A stretch of 64,000 bases of DNA from a candidate division WOR-3 bacterium. Lineage in GTDB: Bacteria > Hydrothermota > Hydrothermia > UBA1063 > CAJXJZ01. Location of the stretch: positions 69,622 to 133,621 of the forward strand of contig JALSNX010000004.1 in the NCBI GenBank assembly GCA_026986775.1, in the 5' to 3' direction. The position numbers were made by a program, and so were the translations under genes. Positions 55,847-64,000 of this stretch are shown in pieces (the first letter of the stretch is position 1; the number at the start of each line of letters is the position of its first letter). Below the pieces are notes generated by a model. That model did no database searches and had not been told where the DNA came from. It saw only the letters and a program-made list of their open reading frames with translations.

Positions 55847-57155
55847 TGACGAGGAGGTTCAGAACCGTGCGCTGGTCAAATTTTTAAAGAGCAGGGGTTA
55901 CAGTGTTAAAGGCGCATACTCGTTTGATGAGGCACTACATCTCCATGAGATAGAGAATTTTGATATAGCTCTCATTGACCTGCGACTTGGAAAAAAAAGC
56001 GGTATAGACCTTCTTACGAAGTTAAGAGAAAAAAATCCTCTGCTTAAAGGCATCATTATTACCGCATTTGGAACAATTGATAGTGCTGTGCAATCCATGA
56101 AAAGCGGAGCAGTGGAATTTCTCACCAAACCCATAAATCTTGAGGAACTTATGGAAATCGTAAAAAAAATTGAGAGTGAAGTCATTCTGGATGAGTCTGT
56201 TGTGTTAAAAGACCATAACCATCTGGATTTTGATAGAAGTGGCATTGTCTTTAAATCCTCTATAATGCGTAGAGTTCTGTTTCTTGCTTACAGAGCATCA
56301 AAAAGCATGGCTCCTGTGCTTATAACGGGGGAAAGTGGTACGGGTAAGGAAGAGGTGGCGAGATTCATTCACCGTGTTTCCGGGAGAATGGGTGAGTTTG
56401 TTGCAATATCATGTGCATCTATACCTGATAACCTTCTTGAATCAGAACTCTTTGGTTATGAGAAGGGTGCATTTACAGGTGCCGAGACCTCAAAGAGGGG
56501 AAAGATAGAGATGGCAGATGGAGGCACATTGTTCCTTGATGAGATAGGTGAGATGTCCCCACCACTTCAGGCAAAACTCCTGAGATTCCTTGAGAGTGGT
56601 GAATACTGGAAACTTGGTGGAGAAAAGGTAAAAAAGGCCAATGTAAGGCTCATATCAGCCACAAACAGGGACCTTGAGAAGATGATTGAACAGGGTCTAT
56701 TCAGGGAAGACCTTTATTACAGGATAAATACCATACATATACATATTCCACCTTTGAGAGAGAGGCGGGAGGACATTATTCCTCTTGCTGAACATTTTCT
56801 GAAAAGATTTTCAAAAAGGTCACATAAACGTATAAAGGGCTTTACAAAAGAGGCAAAGTATCATCTTCTATCACTGCCATACAGAGGAAATGTAAGAGAA
56901 CTCAGAAATATTGTTGAACGTGCAGTTGTCCTCGCTGATGGCGAATATATAACAACGGACATGCTAACGGGCTTTGAGGGGGAAGAAAAAAAGATTCTAC
57001 TCAGACTTCTGGATGTGGAAAAAGAGCATATAAAAAAGGTTCTGCTTCTTACTGGAGGTAATATCAAAGAGGCTGCAGAGATTCTGGGTATTCACAGAAA
57101 TACTCTTTCCAAAAAAATAAAAGAATACTTTGGAAAGTTGGAGGATTTAAAATGA
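55818..57155 (+). CDS. sigma-54-dependent response regulator (NtrC/ZraR family)
   Basis: Receiver domain (ILVVDDEE...DIALIDLRLG), AAA+ sigma-54 activator (ITGESGTGKEEVARFIH, ESELFGYEKGAFTGA) and a Fis-type helix-turn-helix (NIKEAAEILGIHRNTLSKKIKEY). TTG start chosen after a GGAGGT Shine-Dalgarno. Confidence 0.9.
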   Translation: MNLLKILVVDDEEVQNRALVKFLKSRGYSVKGAYSFDEALHLHEIENFDIALIDLRLGKKSGIDLLTKLREKNPLLKGIIITAFGTIDSAVQSMKSGAVEFLTKPINLEELMEIVKKIESEVILDESVVLKDHNHLDFDRSGIVFKSSIMRRVLFLAYRASKSMAPVLITGESGTGKEEVARFIHRVSGRMGEFVAISCASIPDNLLESELFGYEKGAFTGAETSKRGKIEMADGGTLFLDEIGEMSPPLQAKLLRFLESGEYWKLGGEKVKKANVRLISATNRDLEKMIEQGLFREDLYYRINTIHIHIPPLRERREDIIPLAEHFLKRFSKRSHKRIKGFTKEAKYHLLSLPYRGNVRELRNIVERAVVLADGEYITTDMLTGFEGEEKKILLRLLDVEKEHIKKVLLLTGGNIKEAAEILGIHRNTLSKKIKEYFGKLEDLK

Positions 57156-57976
57156 ATTTTCTACTGTCAGGTCTTTCCGGTTCATCGCCAGTTCTACTTG
57201 CTTTTATTGCAACGCTTTTTACATGGTTTGTCACGCTTCTTGGCTCTGCAGTTGTATTTTTTAAAAAGGATATGAGTAGAAAGGTGCTTGATGCGTCACT
57301 GGGATTTGCCGCAGGAATAATGATTTCTGCAAGTTTCTGGTCGTTACTCCTTCCATCTGTTGAAATGGCCAGAGGAATGCAGGGTATTCCTGTCTGGTTC
57401 CCACCTGTTCTGGGATTTGTTGTTGGAGGTGTCTTTTTGAGGTTAATAGACTTTTTAACCCCACATCTCCATCTGTTTTTGCCAGAAGAAAAGAAGGAAG
57501 GTGTAATAAGGGCAGGTCTGAAAAAGACCACGCTTCTTATTCTTGCAATTACAATTCATAATTTCCCGGAGGGACTCGCTGTTGGTGTCGCATTCGGCGC
57601 TGTTGGAAAAGGAAATGAAGAGGCACTACTTGGAGCATTTGCCCTGGCGCTTGGCATTGGAATACAGAATTTTCCTGAAGGTATGGCTGTTTCATTACCA
57701 CTCAGGCGTGAAGGGCTTTCTCCACTTAAAAGTTTTTTCTTTGGACAGCTATCTGCGGTTGTTGAACCACTTGGAGGTATTCTGGGTGCATGGCTTGTAA
57801 GTGTTTTCCACTATCTTTTGCCTTATGCCCTCTCCTTTGCAGCAGGAGCCATGATTTTTGTCGTTGTGGAGGAGCTTGTGCCTGAGTCCCAGGCAGGTGA
57901 TCACTCGGATATTGCCACTATGGGTGTAATTCTTGGGTTTGCGCTTATGATGTTGCTTGATGTAGCTTTTTCTTGA
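57152..57976 (+). CDS. zupT: ZIP-family metal cation transporter (ZupT-like)
   Basis: HNFPEGLAVGVAF and GIQNFPEGMAVS motifs, 8 TM helices. Overlaps the regulator stop (ATGA). Confidence 0.85.
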   Translation: MNFLLSGLSGSSPVLLAFIATLFTWFVTLLGSAVVFFKKDMSRKVLDASLGFAAGIMISASFWSLLLPSVEMARGMQGIPVWFPPVLGFVVGGVFLRLIDFLTPHLHLFLPEEKKEGVIRAGLKKTTLLILAITIHNFPEGLAVGVAFGAVGKGNEEALLGAFALALGIGIQNFPEGMAVSLPLRREGLSPLKSFFFGQLSAVVEPLGGILGAWLVSVFHYLLPYALSFAAGAMIFVVVEELVPESQAGDHSDIATMGVILGFALMMLLDVAFS

Positions 57977-58001
57977 CGGTGCACTGTATTGCATGTATAA
58001 T
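57973..58001 (+). promoter_or_regulatory. sigma-70 promoter TTGACG-N17-TATAAT for tRNA-Leu
   Basis: Exact 17-nt spacer and a consensus -10; about 17 nt upstream of the tRNA 5' end. Confidence 0.45.
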
Positions 58002-58018
58002 TTAGAAACTTCAGTTCT

Positions 58019-58103
58019 GCCGGGGTGGCGGAATTGGCAGACGCGCATGGTTGAGGGCCATGTGGGAGTTGATCCTGTGCGGGTTCGAGTCCCGCCCCCG
58101 GCA
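58019..58103 (+). tRNA. tRNA-Leu (anticodon GAG), long variable arm
   Basis: Acceptor GCCGGGG/CCCCGGC, anticodon stem CATGG/CCATG with loop TTGAGGG, variable stem-loop, T-arm GCGGG-TTCGAGT-CCCGC; 85 nt. Confidence 0.9.
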
Positions 58104-58151
58104 TTTTGAAGTCTTGCAATTTTCCCCCTTGTGCTTTACCCTATATATACT

Positions 58152-58469
58152 ATGAATAAAGAAAAGGTTTTTGTCCATTTTGATCCCATTCTTAAAGCCA
58201 TTGCGAGTGTCAGGGAAGTTCGTGATGTCAGGGTGGTAAGAAGGCCCCTTAATTATGTAACCTGGAAACTTAAAAACCACAAACTTGACGTTTATTTTCC
58301 CGTAACAGATAGATATTTAACAAGGGCTGCTCTGCGGGTTACCTTTGAAATAGATACTTTTAATATGCGAGAGATTAAAAGAATTGTAAGTGTTATCTGG
58401 AGATTTATTTACTATTACAGTATTTTCCCGTTTGAAATGATAAAAACCATGTTGAGTACAGAAAAATAG
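58152..58469 (+). CDS. hypothetical protein (about 105 aa) immediately downstream of tRNA-Leu
   Basis: ORF with internal start MNKEKVFV; no recognisable family; weak ribosome-binding site. Confidence 0.3.
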   Translation: MNKEKVFVHFDPILKAIASVREVRDVRVVRRPLNYVTWKLKNHKLDVYFPVTDRYLTRAALRVTFEIDTFNMREIKRIVSVIWRFIYYYSIFPFEMIKTMLSTEK

Positions 58470-58516
58470 AGGATTTTATCTTTTATCTTCTCAAAAGTTC
58501 GCTTTTCTATCTGGAC

Positions 58517-59872
58517 ATGGATGAGGCAAGTTTCCTGCTTCTTGCGGAGAACCAGAAGAGCGTTAAACGTGCCTTTTCGCTCAGTAGAGAACAGAATGAT
58601 TTGACTGAATACCAATCCACAGCGAGACTTGTAAGAGGACTTTCCAGAAAAGTGCTTGACGCAAAAGAACCCGTGGTAATAAAGGATGTTTATTTTGAAG
58701 ACGATATAAACCCCAAAATAGTAGAAAAGGCAAGAAGAACGGTTGTAGCATACCCACTTATCTACAACGATAAGGTTATAGGAATTGTATATATGAACAG
58801 CAAGAAGGTACGGGAAGTAGATGAAAGACTCATACTGTTTTTAAAACACTCATTTGAAGTTGTGAGCACTCAACTTTTCAGAATGTTGCTCAATGAAAGA
58901 TATGAGGATACAATTGAAAAGCTTAGCCTTCTGAATAAGATATCCAGTGTACTTGTGAAAAAAGAGAAGATAGACGATGATACAGTACGCGAGATACTTG
59001 GTATGTTGAAAAAACACCTCAACCTTTTACAGATTGCCATACTCGTGCCAGAGGGAGACAGACTCGTGGTTAAGGCAGAATATGGGTACAAGATAGATAA
59101 GGAGAAGTTTGCCCTTAAGATATTTGGTAAGGGAATAACTCCATATGTGTATATAACAGGCGAAAAATATTATTCTCCCGATGTCAGATTTGACGATAAG
59201 TATTTCTTTTATGATAAAAAGGTCCGTTCAGAAGCAGCGTTCCCTTTATACAGAGGAGGCAGTGTAAGAGGGGTGCTTGATGTTACAAGCAGTAGAGTTA
59301 ATGCCTTTTCTGAAAAAGATTTGAGCTTGCTGGAGTCAGTTGCTGATATTATATCCCTTGCCCTTGTAAGGAGTTTCTCTTTTGAAAAATTTGAAAGGGA
59401 CTCAATGCAGGACCCACTCACTGGATTGAAAAACAGAAGGGCTCTTGAGCTTGAGGTGCCAGAAGTTCTTAAGGATGTCAAATATTCTAATTCAACATGT
59501 GCCTTTGTTTTTATTGACCTTGACGGTTTTAAGCGATTTAATGACACACACGGCCATGCAAAAGGAGATAGGGTTTTGAAGGACCTCGGTAAAATAATAC
59601 TTGATTCAATTAGGGGCTATGACATAGCCATAAGGTATGGAGGTGATGAGTTTTTACTTGTACTACCGGGGATAAAGAAGGACATGGTGGAATCAGTGCT
59701 TGAGAGGGTGAGGGAGAGTCTGAAAGTAAGGTATCCCGAGATTGATTTTAGCTATGGAATAGCCTGTTTCCCTGAGGATGGTATTACACTTAAAGAACTC
59801 CTTGAAAAGGGTGATGCCGAACTTTACAAAAGCAAGAAATTGAAAAAGAATAATCGGGGTGGTATTTTATAA
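58517..59872 (+). CDS. GAF-domain diguanylate cyclase (GAF-GAF-GGDEF)
   Basis: Two GAF-like N-domains, then a GGDEF domain with DPLTGLKNRR and an intact RYGGDEF active-site motif. Confidence 0.85.
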   Translation: MDEASFLLLAENQKSVKRAFSLSREQNDLTEYQSTARLVRGLSRKVLDAKEPVVIKDVYFEDDINPKIVEKARRTVVAYPLIYNDKVIGIVYMNSKKVREVDERLILFLKHSFEVVSTQLFRMLLNERYEDTIEKLSLLNKISSVLVKKEKIDDDTVREILGMLKKHLNLLQIAILVPEGDRLVVKAEYGYKIDKEKFALKIFGKGITPYVYITGEKYYSPDVRFDDKYFFYDKKVRSEAAFPLYRGGSVRGVLDVTSSRVNAFSEKDLSLLESVADIISLALVRSFSFEKFERDSMQDPLTGLKNRRALELEVPEVLKDVKYSNSTCAFVFIDLDGFKRFNDTHGHAKGDRVLKDLGKIILDSIRGYDIAIRYGGDEFLLVLPGIKKDMVESVLERVRESLKVRYPEIDFSYGIACFPEDGITLKELLEKGDAELYKSKKLKKNNRGGIL

Positions 59873-59931
59873 CTGCTTGATTAAATTGAACTTTCCCTTT
59901 ATCATTTACCACTGCAATAAAGGAGTAAGGG

Positions 59932-60372
59932 ATGCGTACATTTATACCTTCAGATAAGGACATTGAGAGAAAGTGGTTCCTTGTAGATGCGGAGGGCATT
60001 CCTCTGGGGCGACTTGCCACAAGAGTGGCTTTAATTTTATCTGGTAAGAGGAAGCCCATTTTCACGTATCATCAGGATACAGGTGATTTTGTGGTGGTTG
60101 TAAATGCCGAAAAAGTAAAGGTTACAGGCAAGAAATACGAGCAGAAAAGATACTACTGGCATTCTGGTTATCCCGGTGGGCTCAAATCAAGAACCTTTGC
60201 ACAGATGATAGAAAAACACCCTGATAGAGTAATTAAACTTGCCGTAAAGAGAATGCTTCCGAAGAATCAGCTTGGCAGAAGGATGTTGAAGAGACTTAAA
60301 GTATATGCAGGTCCGGAGCATCCACACAGGGCTCAGAGACCAGAAAAAATTGATATTATGAAGATTAATTAG
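59932..60372 (+). CDS. rplM: 50S ribosomal protein L13
   Basis: [22 protein letters not shown]...; 146 aa; AAAGGAG Shine-Dalgarno. Confidence 0.95.
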   Translation: MRTFIPSDKDIERKWFLVDAEGIPLGRLATRVALILSGKRKPIFTYHQDTGDFVVVVNAEKVKVTGKKYEQKRYYWHSGYPGGLKSRTFAQMIEKHPDRVIKLAVKRMLPKNQLGRRMLKRLKVYAGPEHPHRAQRPEKIDIMKIN

Positions 60373-60380
60373 GAGGTAGT

Positions 60381-60779
60381 ATGGAGGGTGCAAGAATAAT
60401 ATTTGCCACTGGAAGTAGAAAAAGGTCAGTAGCCCGTCTTCGTTTGAAAGAGAATGGAAAAGGTAGAGTTTATGTGAATGGAAAAAGACCAATTGAATAT
60501 TTTGGCAGGGAGGACCTTGTTATCCACGCGCTTGAACCTGCCAAGGTAACGTCTCGCCTACAGGATTTTGATATAGTGGTGAAGGTAAGAGGTGGGGGAA
60601 AATCAGGGCAGGCCGGTGCCATGAGGCTCGCACTTGCCAGAGCCCTTTATCAGTTTGACGAAGAACTTGCAGAAACATTAAAGAAATACGGTATGCTTTC
60701 AAGAGACCCAAGAGAAAAGGAGAGGATGAAGTATGGAAAGAGCAAGAGAAGAAGATCTCCGCAGTTCTCAAAGCGTTAA
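60381..60779 (+). CDS. rpsI: 30S ribosomal protein S9
   Basis: [12 protein letters not shown]...[14 protein letters not shown]-terminus; follows rplM as in the conserved operon. Confidence 0.95.
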   Translation: MEGARIIFATGSRKRSVARLRLKENGKGRVYVNGKRPIEYFGREDLVIHALEPAKVTSRLQDFDIVVKVRGGGKSGQAGAMRLALARALYQFDEELAETLKKYGMLSRDPREKERMKYGKSKRRRSPQFSKR

Positions 60780-60786
60780 TTATACT

Positions 60787-61515
60787 TTGCCTGTAAGTAT
60801 TAAAGACTTACTTGAGGCCGGGGTTCACTTTGGCCACAAGAGAAGAAGATGGAACCCCAAGATGAAACCCTATATTTTTACCCGCAAGAACAAGGTGGAT
60901 ATTATTGATATACGGAAAACGCTTGTGCAACTTCAGAAGGCTTACAACTTTGTGAGGGATGTGGCTGCAAGGGGTGGTAAAATCCTTTTTGTATGCACCA
61001 AGAAACAGGGTAAGGATGTGGTGAGAGAAGAGGCTGAAAGAGCGGGTGTTTATTATGTTGTGGAAAGGTGGCCGGGGGGTCTTCTCACCAATTTTGAGAC
61101 CATACTCACCAGAATATATGCCCTTGAAGACCTTGAAATGGCGGAGCAGAACGGTACATTTGATAAACTCCCGAAGAAGGAAGTGGTGCTTCTGAAAAAG
61201 AAGATGGAAAAATTGCAGAAAGTTCTTGGAGGTATAAGGGAACTCAGAGGACTTCCTGACCTCATGTTCATAGTTGACATTGTTCATGATGAGATTGCCC
61301 TCAAAGAGGCAAAGAAACTTGGAATTCCTGTTGTGGCCATAGTGGATACAAATGGTGACCCCACTGTCGTTGATTATCCAATCCCCGGAAATGATGATGC
61401 AATAAGGTCCATCAAACTTATTACAAAGACAATTGCAGATGCTGTGCTTGAGGGGCGGCAGGGTAAGGACCACCTTGTTACAGAAAAAGAGTTTGAAAAA
61501 GGAGAGAATGAATAA
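60787..61515 (+). CDS. rpsB: 30S ribosomal protein S2 (TTG start)
   Basis: S2 homology begins at [24 protein letters not shown]. The in-frame TTG at 60787 gives the canonical N-terminus; the longer track ORF would overlap rpsI. Confidence 0.9.
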   Translation: MPVSIKDLLEAGVHFGHKRRRWNPKMKPYIFTRKNKVDIIDIRKTLVQLQKAYNFVRDVAARGGKILFVCTKKQGKDVVREEAERAGVYYVVERWPGGLLTNFETILTRIYALEDLEMAEQNGTFDKLPKKEVVLLKKKMEKLQKVLGGIRELRGLPDLMFIVDIVHDEIALKEAKKLGIPVVAIVDTNGDPTVVDYPIPGNDDAIRSIKLITKTIADAVLEGRQGKDHLVTEKEFEKGENE

Positions 61516-62111
61516 TGAAGATTGATACTGAACTTATTAAAGAATTAAGGGCAAGAACCGGTGCCGGTATAATGGCCTGTAAAAAGGCACTTGAAAAAAC
61601 CGGTGGCGATATAGAAAAGGCTGTTGAGGAACTTAAGAAAGAAGGACTTCTGAAGGCTGAGAAAAAGTTAGACAGGGCTGCAAAAGATGGCCTTGTCTAT
61701 GCTTATATCCATCCAGGCTCCAAGGTTGGGGCAATGGTTGAACTCAACTGTGAAACCGATTTTGTAGCAAATACAGATGAGTTCAAGCAACTTGCTCATG
61801 ATATAGCAATGCAGATTGCAGCCATGAGCCCAATAGCTGTATCCAGAGATGATATACCCAAAGATGTACTTGAGAAGGAAAAGGAGATTTATAAGGAACA
61901 ACTCAGGAAAGAAGGCAAACCAGAGCATATTCTTGATAAGATTGTTGAGGGTAAGATGGAGAAATTCTTCAAGGAAAAAGTACTCCTTGAGCAGGATTTC
62001 ATAAAAGACTCATCCATTACCATTGAGCAGTTAATAAAACTTCATATATCAAAATTTGGTGAGAATATAAGAGTGAGAAGATTCTGTAGATTCAGAATTG
62101 GCGAAGAGTAA
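61515..62111 (+). CDS. tsf: elongation factor Ts
   Basis: UBA-like N-terminus ELIKELRARTGAGIMACKKALEKTGGDIEKA; follows rpsB. Confidence 0.95.
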   Translation: MKIDTELIKELRARTGAGIMACKKALEKTGGDIEKAVEELKKEGLLKAEKKLDRAAKDGLVYAYIHPGSKVGAMVELNCETDFVANTDEFKQLAHDIAMQIAAMSPIAVSRDDIPKDVLEKEKEIYKEQLRKEGKPEHILDKIVEGKMEKFFKEKVLLEQDFIKDSSITIEQLIKLHISKFGENIRVRRFCRFRIGEE

Positions 62112-62814
62112 TACCTTTCTTTTAAAACTCTCGGGAGAGATTCTGGGCGATGAGAATGCCATTTTCTCTCCCGAGAAAATAGACTACCTCGTAACAGAAT
62201 TAACGGAAGCACTTACAGATTTCAAGGGTAAATTTGCAATAGTCATAGGAGGGGGCAATATAGCTCGTGGTAGAGAACTTTCTTCCCTCGGAATACCACG
62301 CATCAGAGCTGACCATATGGGGATGCTTGCTACCTGTATTAATGGTATACTCCTTTGTGAAAGCCTCAAAAAGAAAGGATTAAAATCAAAGGTTATGTCC
62401 GCACTGTCCTGTGGCAATTTTACAGAGGTTTATTCGGTGGAAACAGCTCAGGAATATCTTGAGAAAGGTTATCTTCTTATTTTCACTATGGGTACAGGTA
62501 ATCCTCTTTTTTCCACAGATACAGTCTCAGTACTCAGAGCCATTGAACTCGGGCTTAAAACAGTTCTAAAAGCAACAAAGGTGGATGGAGTCTACGATAA
62601 GGACCCAAAAAAGTTTAAAAATGCAAAAATGTTCAGAACACTTACCTTTGATGAAGCCATCATGCATGACCTGAAAGTAATGGACAGGGAAGCTTTTATG
62701 CTTGCAAAAGACCACAACCTTGAAATACGTGTGTTCAATGCCCTTACAAAGGGTAATATAAAGAGAGTAATTAATGGAAAAGACGTGGGAACTCTTGTAA
62801 AGAATGCCGTTTAG
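62098..62814 (+). CDS. pyrH: UMP kinase
   Basis: FLLKLSGEILGDE, GGGNIARG; conserved rpsB-tsf-pyrH order. Confidence 0.9.
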   Translation: MAKSNTFLLKLSGEILGDENAIFSPEKIDYLVTELTEALTDFKGKFAIVIGGGNIARGRELSSLGIPRIRADHMGMLATCINGILLCESLKKKGLKSKVMSALSCGNFTEVYSVETAQEYLEKGYLLIFTMGTGNPLFSTDTVSVLRAIELGLKTVLKATKVDGVYDKDPKKFKNAKMFRTLTFDEAIMHDLKVMDREAFMLAKDHNLEIRVFNALTKGNIKRVINGKDVGTLVKNAV

Positions 62815-63571
62815 TTTTGGAATAAAAGACCTTATTGATATACTGATTGTCTGGTACATTCTGTATGTAATACTTAAACTCTTTAAAGGCACGAGAACCC
62901 TCTATATGTTAATAGGTCTCGGGTTTATCATTGTTATTTCTGCCCTATCTGTTTTTGTTAATTTAAATGCCCTCAACTGGCTTATCTCCGCCTTTGCAAA
63001 ATACGGTCTTTTAGCACTTATAGTGATTTTTCAGCCTGAAATAAGGCGTGGTCTTGCACTACTCGGAAAAAATCCTTTTTTCAGAGGGAGTTTTATTGGA
63101 CAGAGTACCATAGATGAGGTTGTCAGAGCTGCATTACAGCTCAGGGATAGGGGACTTGGTGCAATTATGGTGCTTGAAAGAAGGATACAGCTAAATGATT
63201 ATATTGAAGAATCCGGTGTATCGCTCAATGCCAAGGTTAATGCTCCATTGCTGGTCAGTATTTTCACACCTCCCTCTCCACTTCACGATGGTGCGGTTAT
63301 CATACGCGGTGACACAATTGTTGCAGCGAGGGTGATACTCCCTCTTGCTCAGAGTGAGGATATTGACCCTGCTCTGGGAACAAGGCACAGAGCCGCAATA
63401 GGGATAACACGGGTGACAGATGCCATAGCCGTTGTTATTTCGGAAGAAAGAAAATCTATAAGGATTGCGGAAGACGGTGTTATATCAAAGCCTCTTACTT
63501 CTGATGAATTCCGGGCATACCTCAGAAAAGCCATGAGACTCGTTGAGGAAAATGAAAATGAAGAAGAATGA
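62804..63571 (+). CDS. cdaA: diadenylate cyclase CdaA (c-di-AMP synthase), membrane-anchored
   Basis: Three N-terminal TM helices, then a diadenylate cyclase domain with DGA (HDGAVIIRG) and RHR (GTRHRAAIG) motifs. Confidence 0.9.
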   Translation: MPFSFGIKDLIDILIVWYILYVILKLFKGTRTLYMLIGLGFIIVISALSVFVNLNALNWLISAFAKYGLLALIVIFQPEIRRGLALLGKNPFFRGSFIGQSTIDEVVRAALQLRDRGLGAIMVLERRIQLNDYIEESGVSLNAKVNAPLLVSIFTPPSPLHDGAVIIRGDTIVAARVILPLAQSEDIDPALGTRHRAAIGITRVTDAIAVVISEERKSIRIAEDGVISKPLTSDEFRAYLRKAMRLVEENENEEE

Positions 63572-64000
63572 TTTCTTTGAAGACCTCGGCATAAAGGTTG
63601 TAGCGCTTTTTCTATCGCTTATCATATGGTTCCATGCCACCACGGAAAAGAATTATACGCAGATAATAGAATTGCCCGTCCATTACAGTTACAGTGTGTC
63701 GGATTCATTGGTTCTTATATCAACGCCGCCCAGAAAAGTCAGGTTACGCATAAATGCTAAGGGCAAAACCATACTCAAGCTTAAGTATACAAAGTCGTTC
63801 TATGAAGTGGATGTTGGTCGTCTTGACATGGGTAAGAATATTATTGATATGTCCCAGGGTGCAGTTCCACAGGTTGAAGACCTGGAGATTATGGAAGTCA
63901 TTCCCCGAAAGGTGCTCTTTCTGGTTGATAGATATTCTACCAAAGTTCTTTACTCAATAAAACCAGTTTTTGTATATGACTCTTTGAAAACAAAAGTTAA
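63552..64000 (+). CDS. cdaR: CdaR/YbbR-like regulator of CdaA, 5' partial (continues beyond window)
   Basis: Starts overlapping the cdaA stop. N-terminal TM anchor, then YbbR-like beta-rich repeats. The ORF is open to the window end. Confidence 0.65.
   Translation, partial: MKMKKNDFFEDLGIKVVALFLSLIIWFHATTEKNYTQIIELPVHYSYSVSDSLVLISTPPRKVRLRINAKGKTILKLKYTKSFYEVDVGRLDMGKNIIDMSQGAVPQVEDLEIMEVIPRKVLFLVDRYSTKVLYSIKPVFVYDSLKTKV

Noticed and set aside
57901-58280. Two minus-strand ORFs overlapping tRNA-Leu
   Set aside because: They span a tRNA gene and its promoter; no coding signal.
1-64000. CRISPR arrays, rRNA genes, intact transposases or integrases
   Set aside because: No regularly spaced direct repeats, rRNA signatures or DDE/tyrosine-recombinase ORFs were seen anywhere in the window.

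Overview
This is a bacterial chromosomal segment of roughly 40% GC, probably from a member of the Fibrobacteres-Chlorobi-Bacteroidetes group outside classical Bacteroidetes. Three features support that placement: type IX secretion (T9SS) hallmarks (two cargo proteins with C-terminal sorting domains and a giant SprA/Sov-like outer-membrane protein), Shine-Dalgarno motifs upstream of genes, and near-consensus sigma-70 promoters. The two ends of the window are housekeeping genes. On the left these are dnaX-ybaB-recR, thrS-infC-rpmI, ddl and prfB. On the right they are rplM-rpsI-rpsB-tsf-pyrH-cdaA-cdaR. The middle is accessory and cell-envelope oriented. It holds the glycosyltransferase - alpha-2-macroglobulin (thioester GCVEQ) - PbpC operon, and a predicted sigma-54-dependent five-gene envelope operon (28.1-31.4 kb). 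Next comes an AT-rich island with a SAM methyltransferase flanked by 10-bp inverted repeats plus small Cys/Trp-rich and membrane peptides (31.4-34.3 kb), followed by two mirror-arranged lipoprotein plus small TonB-dependent-receptor-like pairs under a perfect consensus promoter with a palindromic operator. A YeeE/YedE permease with an orphan ModA-like binding protein follows, then tRNA-Thr and tRNA-Leu. The most unusual single protein is a 1046-aa N-terminal GGDEF - STAND NTPase - TPR fusion. A ZraSR-like sigma-54 two-component system is coupled to a ZupT transporter. I found no CRISPR array, rRNA or clear intact transposase.
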